Shown one piece after another: positions 1 through 9,124 of a stretch of DNA of 41,932 bases. A program made the translations under genes and the position numbers. The first letter of the stretch is position 1. Each line of letters begins with the position of its first letter. A model generated the notes under the pieces. It saw only the letters and a list, made by a program, of their open reading frames with translations. It had not been told where the DNA came from and did not search any database. The DNA lies in the NCBI GenBank assembly GCA_017463935.1, contig JAFUEM010000016.1, forward strand, positions 1-41,932, given 5' to 3'. The DNA comes from Kiritimatiellia bacterium. Its GTDB lineage: Bacteria > Verrucomicrobiota > Kiritimatiellia > RFP12 > UBA1067.

Positions 1-1
1 C

Positions 2-766
2 GATCCGGGCTTTTCGGCCTCGGACGAACAGAAGGCCGTCGCCCGCGCGGCGCGCGCCACGGGCCACTGGCCGGGTCTGGACAACCCCGTGCGCGAGCGG
101 GTCATGGCGGCGGCCTGGCGCGGGGTGGAGCCGGACGCGGCGGCGGACGCGCTGCGCACCTTTGCCGCCGGGCCGCAGCCGGGCTTTGCCGGCATGAAGC
201 GAGGCGAGGCGTTCTACCGGCCGATGGTGGAGGTCGTGCGGTTTCTCGAGGCGAACGGATTCCTGGTGTACGTGTGCAGCGGAACGGAGCGTTTCGTCCT
301 GCGGGCGATCGTCGGGGAGGGCCTGGCGCTGCCGCCCCGGCAGGTCATCGGCACCGACTACGCGCTGGTCGCGGCGGCGCAGGACGGGCGCGACGGACTG
401 GCCTTCACGTACGGGACGAACGACGTCCTCGTCCTGGGCGGCACGCTCGCCGTCAAGAATCTCCAGATGAACAAGGTGGCCGCCCTTGCGCGGGAAATCG
501 GCGTGCGGCCCGTGCTGGCGTTCGGCAACAGCTTCAGCGACGCGAGCATGCTCAACTACGCCCTGCAGAACAGGCGGTACAGGTCGCTGGGCTTCATGCT
601 CCTGTGCGACGACACGGTGCGCGAATACGGAAACCCGGCCAAGGCGGAGGCGATGCGGGCGGCCTGCGCGGTCCACGGCTGGATTCCCGTCTCTATGCGC
701 GACGACTGGACGACGATCTACGGCCCCGGCGTGACGCGGGACCCCGGCCCGCCTGCCGCCGAGTGA
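2..766 (+). CDS. HAD-superfamily hydrolase, 5' truncated by window edge
   Basis: Frame is open from base 2 (DPGFSASDEQK...) into ORF 89..766. HAD-like motifs: YVCSGT (motif II) and AFGNSFSDASML (motif IV-like). Confidence 0.75.
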   Translation, partial: DPGFSASDEQKAVARAARATGHWPGLDNPVRERVMAAAWRGVEPDAAADALRTFAAGPQPGFAGMKRGEAFYRPMVEVVRFLEANGFLVYVCSGTERFVLRAIVGEGLALPPRQVIGTDYALVAAAQDGRDGLAFTYGTNDVLVLGGTLAVKNLQMNKVAALAREIGVRPVLAFGNSFSDASMLNYALQNRRYRSLGFMLLCDDTVREYGNPAKAEAMRAACAVHGWIPVSMRDDWTTIYGPGVTRDPGPPAAE

Positions 767-779
767 CGCGGGCGGCGCG

Positions 780-1913
780 TCACGTGACCGCCTGCGTTTC
801 GCGCCATCGGCCGGGTGTCATGCCGATCGACTGCCGGAAGACGTTGACGAAGTGGCCCGCGTTGCAGAACCCGCACGCCGCCGCCGTCTCGCGGATCGTC
901 GCCGTCCCGCCCGCCAGCAGCTCCTTCGCGCGCGCGAGCCTCATGCGCGTGACCTCGTTATGCATTGAGCGCCCCAGATGCGCCGCGAACAGCCTGTCGA
1001 GCGTCGCGCGCGAAACGCCGACGGCCTCCGACAGCTGGACCGCGCTCGGCGGATTGGCGATCCGCCGCTTGAGGTAGTCAAGCGCCCTGCGCAGAACCGG
1101 ACTGTCGACGGCGAGGATGTCCGTCGAGCGCCGCGCCGCCAGGCCCTGGCACGGCACGAGGAGGGGTTTCGTCGGCGGGCGGGCGCCGTCCATCAGCCGC
1201 TCCAGGAGCGCGGCGGCCTCGTAGCCGTTGCGTTCAAGGTTGTCCATCACGCTCGAAAGCGGGACGGTCTGGTTCTCGCAGAGGAAGGTATCGTTGCCGA
1301 TGCCGAGAATCGCGATTTCGTCGGGAACCTTGATGCCGAGCTCCAGGCAGAGCGCCAGGATGCGCGCGGCCTCCTCGTCGTTATAGGTCAGAATGCCGAC
1401 GGGCTTCTGGAGCGCGAGAAGGCGCGGGGCCATCACATCGGCGAAGCGGTCCACGTCGTCCAGCTTTGTCTTCGGCACGAGGGATGAGAGAACGATCTTC
1501 TGCGCCGTCGGCCACCGCTCGGAAAGTCCGTCGAAGAAAAGACTGTGGACATTCGTCCAGATTGTCGAGAACCATGCTACGTGCTTGAGGCCGACCTCGG
1601 CGAAATGCGCGCCGGCGAGGCGTCCGGCGGACGTATAGTCGGGGATGACGCGCGGCACCTCCACCTCGGGCATGTAGGAGGTGAGGTCGACGACGGGGAT
1701 GCGGGCCTTCGCAAGCCCCTCGACGAAGCGGGAGGTTTCCGCGTCGCCGCGCAGGGTCACGAGCGCGCCGTCGCCGTTCCATCCGCGCGGCGCGCGCACA
1801 AGCCTGTTCGCGAGCGTGAGATGCCAATTGTGTTCGCGGGCATATTTCACGATTCCGTCGAAGCGCAGAGGAATCGGCGGATTGATCATCAGCATCACCT
1901 GTCGCTGTTTCAT
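780..1913 (-). CDS. XylR-type transcriptional regulator (LacI-like sugar-binding domain plus C-terminal AraC HTH)
   Basis: VPDEIAILGIGND...LSSV is a periplasmic-binding-fold signature. C-terminal AraC double HTH (LSEAVGVSRATLDRLF...IRETAAACGFCNAGHFVNVFRQSIGMTPGRWR). Divergent from the downstream cluster. Confidence 0.9.
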   Translation of the reverse strand: MKQRQVMLMINPPIPLRFDGIVKYAREHNWHLTLANRLVRAPRGWNGDGALVTLRGDAETSRFVEGLAKARIPVVDLTSYMPEVEVPRVIPDYTSAGRLAGAHFAEVGLKHVAWFSTIWTNVHSLFFDGLSERWPTAQKIVLSSLVPKTKLDDVDRFADVMAPRLLALQKPVGILTYNDEEAARILALCLELGIKVPDEIAILGIGNDTFLCENQTVPLSSVMDNLERNGYEAAALLERLMDGARPPTKPLLVPCQGLAARRSTDILAVDSPVLRRALDYLKRRIANPPSAVQLSEAVGVSRATLDRLFAAHLGRSMHNEVTRMRLARAKELLAGGTATIRETAAACGFCNAGHFVNVFRQSIGMTPGRWRETQAVT

Positions 1914-1922
1914 TGTGCATAT

Positions 1923-1931
1923 ATTATATCA
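1923..1931 (-). promoter_or_regulatory. Extended -10 promoter (TGaTATAAT) for the regulator, probably leaderless
   Basis: Minus strand reads TGATATAAT, 9 nt, then ATG (1913). No Shine-Dalgarno in between. Confidence 0.55.
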
Positions 1932-2069
1932 TAATATTCCGGCATCGTGAGTGAATCGTGTAATCGTTTGAGTAAACAATATAATTGATAGGTTGCCTGT
2001 CTTATGATACACTTGAAAATGTCGGACAGGGGCGGCGGTCGCCCCTCGCGGCAAAAAGTCAAGGAGATT

Positions 2070-5000
2070 ATGCCAATGAAACTGACGAAAACAGTCGTGG
2101 TGCTCGCGCTGTCGGTGGCGGCCGGGGTGCCCGCCAGCGCATCGCTGACCTCGCGTTCGTATGTGCAGAAGGGCCTCGTCGCGCAGTATGACGGCATCAA
2201 CAACGCCGGCACCGGCTTGCACGATTCCAGCGCCACGACATGGAAGAACCTCACCGGCGACACGTCGCTGGACGGCACGTGCGATTCCAAATTGACGTGG
2301 AACGGCTCGAACGGCTGGTCGGTTTCGGGCGACTGCAAGCCCGTCACCGTCGGCAGCGGCCTCGCGGCGGCCATGAGCGCCGGTTCGTTTACCATTCAGT
2401 TTGCCGTCAAGCCGACCATGAGCAACAAGCGCGAGTGCTTCTTTGGACAGTACAAAGAAAATGACGGTATTAGTATTGAGCACAATGATGGCTCCACAAA
2501 GACAGGCTTTCTGCGCTGGTTTAGAAATAGCGGCACACTTAATAGCAATACGGCAGTACAAGGCTTCTCGGCAGTAAAGATCACCGCCAATCAGTTTGCT
2601 TCGGTGTCGGCGGAGTTTGATAGAACGGCGAACAAACAGACATTTCGTGCCAGAGGAGATTGCGGAGATATTTCGCAGCAAGCGAATACGTCCTTGGGAG
2701 AACTATCATCGACATGCGAAAGTGTGATCGGCGGGGAAGTTCAAAGGAGTGGACGAACGGATTCTAATTACACAAGTGGATATGGCGTCACTTTCCAAGG
2801 CACGTACCATGCCTTCCGTGTTTACGACCGCGTGCTGACCGATGCGGAGGTGAAGGTGAATGCGGCGGTCGATGCGATCCGATTCAATGGAGCGAACCCT
2901 GCCGATTTCACGCTGAGCGGCGGCTATTCATTTGACGACGACGGAGACCTGTGCGTTGATGTTTCCGCATCCGGCGAGCACGGCACGGTTGCAATCGACG
3001 GCGGTGCGGCACGCGTAGCTGTTAAACAGCATGACACGGTGACGCTCAAGGCGAAAGCTGAATATGGCTATGCCTTCGTGCGCTGGGAAGGCGCTGTCGA
3101 TGCCATTACATCCGGCAAGGTGAATGACGCCGTCATCAGCGTAACGCCGTCCGCACCCGTTGCACTCACGGCGGTGTTCGCCCCCGCTTCGACCTCGGCA
3201 TCTTATCTGTATGTCAATGACGGCCTTGTCGCGATGTATGACGGTATCAATAATGCCGGCACCGGCTCCCACGTCTCCTCTGCCACGACTTGGAAGAACC
3301 TTGCCGGAGACGCATCGCTCGACGGCACAATGGGTGCCTCAACCGAATGGACTGGCGGCAACGGTTGGCGGACTACCGGCAACACCAAGCCTTTCACGGT
3401 CGCGTCGCCGGGTCTCGCGCCCACGTTCGCCACGACGAATTTCACGGTGCAGTTCGCCTGTATCCCCGGCGTGGCGAACATGCGCATGTGTTACTTCGGG
3501 CAATACAAGACCGACGCCGGCATCAACATCGAGCAGTCAGCAGCCGGCAACCTGCGCTTCTACCGTAACGCCGGCCTCGGTCAGAGTAAGGCGTATGACA
3601 AGACGGCCTCGACAGCCACCGTTATCGCCGATTCGTACCTTTCGGCGGCCGTCTGCGTTGCACAATCCGGACTGACCCTTTACAACGGCGGGGCTCTCCT
3701 ACAGACGATCAACGGCACGCCTGGCGCAATAGCGAGTTCGTCGGATAGTGTAATTGGCGGCGAAGTGCAGGACGGGAGCAATCGGTCAAGCCTTGACGCC
3801 ACCTACGGCATCACCTTCCGTGGCACTTACCACGCCTTCCGCGTTTACGACCGCGTGTTGACGGCCACGGAAGTCGCCTGGAATGCGGGCCTTGACGCCG
3901 TGCGCTTCAACGGCGCGGATGCTGCAGCAACATTCGGCGAAGGGTATTCATACGATGCGGCAAAGGATGAGCTTTCGGTCGCTGTCAGCACCACGGCGAC
4001 GGCAGGCGGCAAGATTAAATTCATGGATGATGAAGCGGCGGACGCCGTTGCGGAAACGGCCGTCTGCGGGGGTGGAAATGTCGTCACGCTCGTTGCGGTT
4101 CCTGATGCGGGGTATGTGTTTGATTGCTGGAGCGGGGAGACGTCGTGCATTGCCGAGGGGTCGTTCATCACGCCGGAAATTACCCTGGTTCAGAACCGCC
4201 CCGTGACGCTTGTCGCCCATTTCCGCCGCAACGGCGACGCGGCGGACGGCCTTGTGACATCTGTTGCGTTCACCGGCGACAGCGCGGCGGACGGCGTCAG
4301 TTTCTCGACAACACAGGCCGAGAGCCAGCACGGCTACACGACGGCGGACGTGACGCTTCCCGTCATGCCGGCCGTTACAAACAAGGCTGCCCACTGCCTC
4401 TACTTCCCGTCGCCGTCCGATACGACAGCCGGAACGACCTACCGTCAGGATGCGCGTCTTGCCAACCGCGCGGTCACGGGAAGCGTTGCGACGCTGTTCG
4501 TGCGCTTCCGCTGGGATGGCTCGGTGCAGCCGGCAGTTGAGGATTTCCCGACAATCGTGATGAATGGCTATACGAGCTGGAATAACATCAAAGACGGGCA
4601 TGCCGACGGTTTTGCTGTCCGTCTGCGCGCCGGCGCGAATGCGACAACAGGATATCCGACCATTCTTGTGCCGAAGGTGGCTGTCGGTTACGCCAATAAG
4701 GGTATCACGACGACGGGCACGGCGTACATCACTGCCGGCAAATGGGTGGACATGTTCGTTTCGGTCTATCCGAGCCCGACGGATGACAGGCTTTCCAATG
4801 CCGATATCTGGTACTGCGAAACGCCGGCGTGGAACGACACGGGATACTTTGCCGCGCCGAAGATCAACCACCGTCACTTCGGCGACGCGTGCGGTATCAC
4901 GAATGTGGTGACGACGACGGCAGAACTGCGCTTCGGCTGCGAGCCCAATCCGCCGTCCGACGGCGGCGCGGATAACGGAGAGAATGCGAAGAAGGCGTTT

Positions 5001-5570
5001 CGCGGCGTCCTCGCCGGCGTGAAGGGCTGGAACCGGCTGCTCACCGAAAACGAGATGTGGACGGTCATGGCCGGATTCGACGGCGTGCAGACGTTCGACA
5101 ACGGCAGGCTGCACGCGCGTCCGGTCGCGAAGGTCGAGAATCTGGACGGCACGCCCAGCCAGGGTTCGACGGAGGGGCGGAATGTGACATCCACGTCGTT
5201 CCTGGGCGACACCGAGGCGGCGCACTTCCAGCGTTCGCTGACGACGACATACAACGCGGTCACGCTTCTCTTTGACGCGCCGAAAGGAAAAAAGACATAT
5301 CCGTATCGCTACAAGACGAAAATTGAGAATGTCAGGTCAAACGAAACCCATCCGATCCATCTTGACTTCAACGGCAAGACGGTCTGGTCGAGCGACGGCG
5401 TCGCCAAGGGCGACGAGATCACGGTCGAGCTCGCCGAGGAGGATGCCTTGCCGGGGCTCAATACGCTCACGTGGCATTACGATACCGAGTCCTCGGGCAA
5501 CTGGCTGACATTCAATTATCATTCGCTGAAAATCATGGCTCAGACCGGGCTGATCATTATTCTGCGGTAA
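2070..5570 (+). CDS. Large secreted protein with LamG/concanavalin-A-like domains, InlB-B-like repeats and C-terminal GLIIILR tail
   Basis: AAGGAG SD at 2061-2066 before ATG 2070. Signal peptide MPMKLTKTVVVLALSVAAGVPASA. LamG-type ends FRVYDRVLTDAEV, FRVYDRVLTATEV, KGWNRLLTENEM. B-repeat-like VTLKAKAEYGYAFVRWEG and VTLVAVPDAGYVFDCWSG. Confidence 0.8.
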   Translation: MPMKLTKTVVVLALSVAAGVPASASLTSRSYVQKGLVAQYDGINNAGTGLHDSSATTWKNLTGDTSLDGTCDSKLTWNGSNGWSVSGDCKPVTVGSGLAAAMSAGSFTIQFAVKPTMSNKRECFFGQYKENDGISIEHNDGSTKTGFLRWFRNSGTLNSNTAVQGFSAVKITANQFASVSAEFDRTANKQTFRARGDCGDISQQANTSLGELSSTCESVIGGEVQRSGRTDSNYTSGYGVTFQGTYHAFRVYDRVLTDAEVKVNAAVDAIRFNGANPADFTLSGGYSFDDDGDLCVDVSASGEHGTVAIDGGAARVAVKQHDTVTLKAKAEYGYAFVRWEGAVDAITSGKVNDAVISVTPSAPVALTAVFAPASTSASYLYVNDGLVAMYDGINNAGTGSHVSSATTWKNLAGDASLDGTMGASTEWTGGNGWRTTGNTKPFTVASPGLAPTFATTNFTVQFACIPGVANMRMCYFGQYKTDAGINIEQSAAGNLRFYRNAGLGQSKAYDKTASTATVIADSYLSAAVCVAQSGLTLYNGGALLQTINGTPGAIASSSDSVIGGEVQDGSNRSSLDATYGITFRGTYHAFRVYDRVLTATEVAWNAGLDAVRFNGADAAATFGEGYSYDAAKDELSVAVSTTATAGGKIKFMDDEAADAVAETAVCGGGNVVTLVAVPDAGYVFDCWSGETSCIAEGSFITPEITLVQNRPVTLVAHFRRNGDAADGLVTSVAFTGDSAADGVSFSTTQAESQHGYTTADVTLPVMPAVTNKAAHCLYFPSPSDTTAGTTYRQDARLANRAVTGSVATLFVRFRWDGSVQPAVEDFPTIVMNGYTSWNNIKDGHADGFAVRLRAGANATTGYPTILVPKVAVGYANKGITTTGTAYITAGKWVDMFVSVYPSPTDDRLSNADIWYCETPAWNDTGYFAAPKINHRHFGDACGITNVVTTTAELRFGCEPNPPSDGGADNGENAKKAFRGVLAGVKGWNRLLTENEMWTVMAGFDGVQTFDNGRLHARPVAKVENLDGTPSQGSTEGRNVTSTSFLGDTEAAHFQRSLTTTYNAVTLLFDAPKGKKTYPYRYKTKIENVRSNETHPIHLDFNGKTVWSSDGVAKGDEITVELAEEDALPGLNTLTWHYDTESSGNWLTFNYHSLKIMAQTGLIIILR
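2157..3917 (+). repeat. Intragenic domain duplication (about 2157-2894 and 3207-3917)
   Basis: GLVAQYDGINNAGTG...TWKNLTGDTSLDGT matches GLVAMYDGINNAGTG...TWKNLAGDASLDGT. VIGGEVQ...TYHAFRVYDRVLT...DA(I/V)RFNGA occurs in both copies. Confidence 0.9.
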
Positions 5571-5583
5571 AGGAACGGTTTCG

Positions 5584-7038
5584 ATGGAAACGACACGAAG
5601 GGACTTTTTGCGGTCGGCCGCGGCGCTTGCCGCGCTGACCGGATTCGGCGCGCTGCCGGGCTTCGCAACCGCCGTCCGGACGGGCGGCGGGGCGGCGCGT
5701 ACACGCTGGTACAAGGGCAATCTCCACACGCACACATTCTGGTCGGACGGCAAGGCGTTCCCCGAGGTGTCGATCGACTGGTACAGAAGCCGAGGCTACA
5801 ATTTCCTTGGCTTGAGCGATCACAATGTTTTCCAGGACGATCCCGACCGCTGGATCGGTTTGATCGGCAATGATGAGAAGGACGTCAAGCCCGACTGGGC
5901 GAAGAACCGTCCGCCCCGCTTCCTGTACAATGCCAGACGCCGCTATTTCGACATCTACCGCACGGCCTTCCCGGATGTCGTCACACGCACCGGCGCCGAC
6001 GGACGGACGGAGGTGCGGCTGTCGACGTTTGCGGAACTCTCGCAGCGCTTCAACATGCCGGGCGAATTTCTGCTCCTGCCGGATGTCGAGGCGACGCGCG
6101 TCGTTGATTACGCGGACGGCCGCAGCCATCAGCTGCACATGAACTACGTCAATCTGCCGGAGCTGCTGCCCTCCTTTGCCGCGCCGGATTTCGAGCGCAA
6201 GGTCCGCGATGTGCCGCTCCCCGCGTTTCTGGCCGCGCATCACCGTGAGGTCGCGTCGCGCAGCGCGGCGCGGGGCTGCCGGTCGCTGTTCATCCTGAAC
6301 CATCCGATCTGGATGTGGTACGACGTCGGGCCGGAGGTCTTGATCGAAACGCCGGACGTCCGCTTCTTTGAAGTGTGCAACGGCGGAGCCTCGTTCAAGG
6401 AGGCGGAAGGCCTGCCGGCCGACGGACTGGATACGGATCGCCTGTGGGATGTGGTCAATGCGTTCCGCGCGCGGCGCGGCTACCCGCTCATTCATGGAAT
6501 CGGCACGGACGACACGCATCATTACTGCGGCGAGGACAGGTACATGTGCATCCCCGGGAACGCCTGGGTGCGCGTGCGCGCCGAGTCGCTGGACGCGGGA
6601 TCGCTGATCGACGCGATGGTGCGCGGCGATTTTGTGACATGCGAGGGGCTGGAGCCGGACGACGTCTCGTTCGACCCGTCCGCCGGCCGCCTCGAAGTCG
6701 TCGTCGGGGCGGGCGTTGCGCCGCGCACCGTCCGGTTCATCGTTTCGAAGCGAGACTTCAGCGAAAAGCCCGTCGGCAAGGTGACGGTCCGTCCGGCGAA
6801 GCACAGGGACTCCATGCGCTATCAGCGGGAAATCGCCTTCTATGACGACAGGATCGGCCGCGTCGCGAAGACGGTGGAGATTCCGGCGGGCGAGGCGGCG
6901 CGCGTCGGCTACACGCTGGCCGACGACGATCTGTATGTCCGCGCGCGCATCGAGGAGAAGGGCGAGACGGTCTGCAAGGCGTCGCTCCATCCGAAGGGCC
7001 TGCGCTGCGCCTGGACGCAGCCGTATCGTGTCGGCTGA
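5584..7038 (+). CDS. Tat-exported PHP-fold metallohydrolase (histidinol-phosphatase/CehA-McbA-like)
   Basis: Twin-arginine signal TRRDFLRS. Metal-binding motifs WYKGNLHTHTFWSDG, LSDHN, LNHP and GTDDTH. Confidence 0.8.
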   Translation: METTRRDFLRSAAALAALTGFGALPGFATAVRTGGGAARTRWYKGNLHTHTFWSDGKAFPEVSIDWYRSRGYNFLGLSDHNVFQDDPDRWIGLIGNDEKDVKPDWAKNRPPRFLYNARRRYFDIYRTAFPDVVTRTGADGRTEVRLSTFAELSQRFNMPGEFLLLPDVEATRVVDYADGRSHQLHMNYVNLPELLPSFAAPDFERKVRDVPLPAFLAAHHREVASRSAARGCRSLFILNHPIWMWYDVGPEVLIETPDVRFFEVCNGGASFKEAEGLPADGLDTDRLWDVVNAFRARRGYPLIHGIGTDDTHHYCGEDRYMCIPGNAWVRVRAESLDAGSLIDAMVRGDFVTCEGLEPDDVSFDPSAGRLEVVVGAGVAPRTVRFIVSKRDFSEKPVGKVTVRPAKHRDSMRYQREIAFYDDRIGRVAKTVEIPAGEAARVGYTLADDDLYVRARIEEKGETVCKASLHPKGLRCAWTQPYRVG

Positions 7039-7042
7039 GACC

Positions 7043-7068
7043 GGTCTGGCAGTTTGGTCTGGCAGTTT
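7043..7068 (+). repeat. Perfect 13-bp tandem duplication GGTCTGGCAGTTT x2 in intergenic spacer
   Basis: Read directly: 7043-7055 equals 7056-7068. Confidence 0.9.
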
Positions 7069-7086
7069 ATAAAGGAGAGGACAGCC

Positions 7087-9006
7087 ATGAGAGGGATTCT
7101 GACTTTCGTGACATCGTGCGCGGCATTCGCCGTCGGGGCGTCGAATATGATGACGCCGTGGGGCGAGAAGGTGACGAGCGAGAATGCGTGGCGCGACTAT
7201 CCGCGTCCGCAGATGGTGCGTGAAAACTGGACGTGCCTCAACGGCGACTGGGACTACGCGATATGCGCCATCACCAATTCGTGCGCGCTGCCCGGAAAGG
7301 TCGATGGCCGCATCCGCGTGCCGTTCGCGCTGGAGGCGCCGCTTTCCGGGTGCGGCGGGCGGCTGCTGGAGCCGGACGAGTATCTGTGGTACACGCGCAC
7401 GGTCGATCTGGATCCGCAGCCGGGCGAACGGACGCTGCTTCACTTCGGGGCGGTCGACTACCGCGCGGTCGTGTATGTGGGGCACGATGAAGCGGCCGTC
7501 CATGACGGCGGCAATCTGCCGTTTACGGTTGACATCACGCCGTATGTGACGAAGGGCGCGAACCGGCTTTCGGTGCTCGTCTGGGATCCCACCGAAGATT
7601 TCATCCAGGCGCGCGGTAAGCAGGCGTTCCGCACGTATAACTGTTTCTACACGCGCTCGAGCGGCATCACGCAGACCGTGTGGCTGGAGACCGTGCCGGA
7701 GACGTATATCGCCGGCTACACCGTCACGACCGACATCGACAAGGGCGAGGTGACGATCGAGTTGAGAGTTGAAAGTGGAAAGTGTAGAGTTGAAGGCGAG
7801 GGGACGGTTGAAATCGAAAATCCTGTCAATCCTGTCAAAAAAGCATTCGCGCTTGGCGAGCCGGTGACGGTCAAGATGCCGAAGGACTTCGAGTGCTGGT
7901 CGCCGGAGAATCCGAAGCTCTACCATTTCACTGCGACCTTCGGCAAGGATGTCATTCGCGGTTACTTCGGCATGCGCAAGATCGAGAAACGTCGTGACGC
8001 GAAAGGCATCTGGCGCTTCTTCCTCAACAACCGCCCCTACTATATCATGGCGACGCTTGATCAGGGCTGGTGGCCCGACGGGCTCCTGACGCCGCCGAGC
8101 GAGGAGGCGATGGCGTTCGATATCCAGACGCTCAAAGACTGCGGGTTCAACACCCTGCGCAAGCATATCAAGGTCGAGCCGCTCCGGTATTACGCGCTTT
8201 GCGACAGGATGGGAATCCTGGTCTTGCAGGATATGCCGAGCACAAGCTTTGATGCGCAGACCGTCTACAAGGCGCAGTCCGTCAAGGGATACGGGCTCTT
8301 TCGCGAGGAGCTGAAAGGCATGATGGACCTTCTGCGCAACGTTCCTTCCATTGTCATGTGGATTCCCTACAATGAAGGCTGGGGACAGCACGATCCGCTT
8401 CTCACGCATACGACGCTGGATGCCGTCAAGCGCGCCGATCCGACGCGGCTTGTGGACGGGCCGTCCGGCTGGAACGACTTCGAGGGCGGCGAACACCGCA
8501 ATCCGCTGGGCTATCGCGTCAAGCCGTTGCTGTGGACGACGGAGCATCTGCCGGACGGCGTGTGCGAGGCGGCCGACATCGTCGATCTGCATCGCTACAG
8601 AGGGCCGGTCATGCCGGCGGTGAACGACCGGCGCATTTCGTTCCTCGGGGAATTCGGCGGGCTGGGGCACCCGGTGGAAGGGCATCTCTGGCGTGCGTTC
8701 GACCAGGCGGCCTCGCTGGGCGGCGAACGGACGGGCAACTGGGGCTACGGCGGCATCGAGGACACAAAGACGCGCGAAGGACTTGAAAGTGTCTATCTGG
8801 GCCTGATGGATCAGCTGGGCGGTCTGGCCGAGGCCGGTCTGGCCGGTTCCGTTTATACGCAGACCTCCGATGTCGAAATCGAGATCAACGGTCTGCTCAC
8901 CTACGACCGCAAGGTGCTCAAGTACAACCCCGCCGTGCTCAAGGCTGCGCATGAGGCCGTCATCCGGCGCTTCAACGCAAGCGTCGGCGACGCGTCGGCC
9001 GAGTGA
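7087..9006 (+). CDS. Glycoside hydrolase family 2 (secreted)
   Basis: SD AAAGGAGAGG before ATG 7087 and signal peptide. WRDYPRPQMVR, LDQGWWPDGLLTPPS, RKHIKVEP, acid/base YNEGWGQ, nucleophile GEFGG. Confidence 0.9.
   Translation: MRGILTFVTSCAAFAVGASNMMTPWGEKVTSENAWRDYPRPQMVRENWTCLNGDWDYAICAITNSCALPGKVDGRIRVPFALEAPLSGCGGRLLEPDEYLWYTRTVDLDPQPGERTLLHFGAVDYRAVVYVGHDEAAVHDGGNLPFTVDITPYVTKGANRLSVLVWDPTEDFIQARGKQAFRTYNCFYTRSSGITQTVWLETVPETYIAGYTVTTDIDKGEVTIELRVESGKCRVEGEGTVEIENPVNPVKKAFALGEPVTVKMPKDFECWSPENPKLYHFTATFGKDVIRGYFGMRKIEKRRDAKGIWRFFLNNRPYYIMATLDQGWWPDGLLTPPSEEAMAFDIQTLKDCGFNTLRKHIKVEPLRYYALCDRMGILVLQDMPSTSFDAQTVYKAQSVKGYGLFREELKGMMDLLRNVPSIVMWIPYNEGWGQHDPLLTHTTLDAVKRADPTRLVDGPSGWNDFEGGEHRNPLGYRVKPLLWTTEHLPDGVCEAADIVDLHRYRGPVMPAVNDRRISFLGEFGGLGHPVEGHLWRAFDQAASLGGERTGNWGYGGIEDTKTREGLESVYLGLMDQLGGLAEAGLAGSVYTQTSDVEIEINGLLTYDRKVLKYNPAVLKAAHEAVIRRFNASVGDASAE
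7760..7836 (+). repeat. AT-rich short tandem repeats inside GH2: 5 x heptamer AGT(T/G)(G/T)A(G/A) and 2 x AATCCTGTC
   Basis: agttgag-agttgaa-agtggaa-agtgtag-agttgaa at 7760-7794; aatcctgtc x2 at 7819-7836. The reading frame is intact. Confidence 0.85.
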
Positions 9007-9037
9007 TGCCGCGAACCGTTGGGGACGGGTCGCGGCA
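9007..9037. repeat. GC-rich inverted repeat just after the GH2 stop codon
   Basis: TGCCGCGA (9007-9014) pairs with TCGCGGCA (9030-9037), with an imperfect inner extension. There is no U-tract, so a terminator role is unproven. Confidence 0.6.
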
Positions 9038-9064
9038 CCCCAAATTTCCATGCCGTTCCGGCAG

Positions 9065-9094
9065 TTGACTGCCAGGCCGGCGGTATGGTATAAT
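9065..9094 (+). promoter_or_regulatory. Sigma70-type promoter for the GH84 gene
   Basis: TTGACT (9065-9070), 18 nt, TATAAT (9089-9094), with TGn extension at 9086-9088. Confidence 0.7.
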
Positions 9095-9124
9095 CCGTTC
9101 CTACGTATGAAGGGGGGAATCAGG

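Noticed and set aside
7043-7068. 13-bp tandem repeat as a regulator binding site
   Set aside because: It lies in a 48-nt spacer inside an apparent operon with no promoter; a neutral local duplication is more likely.
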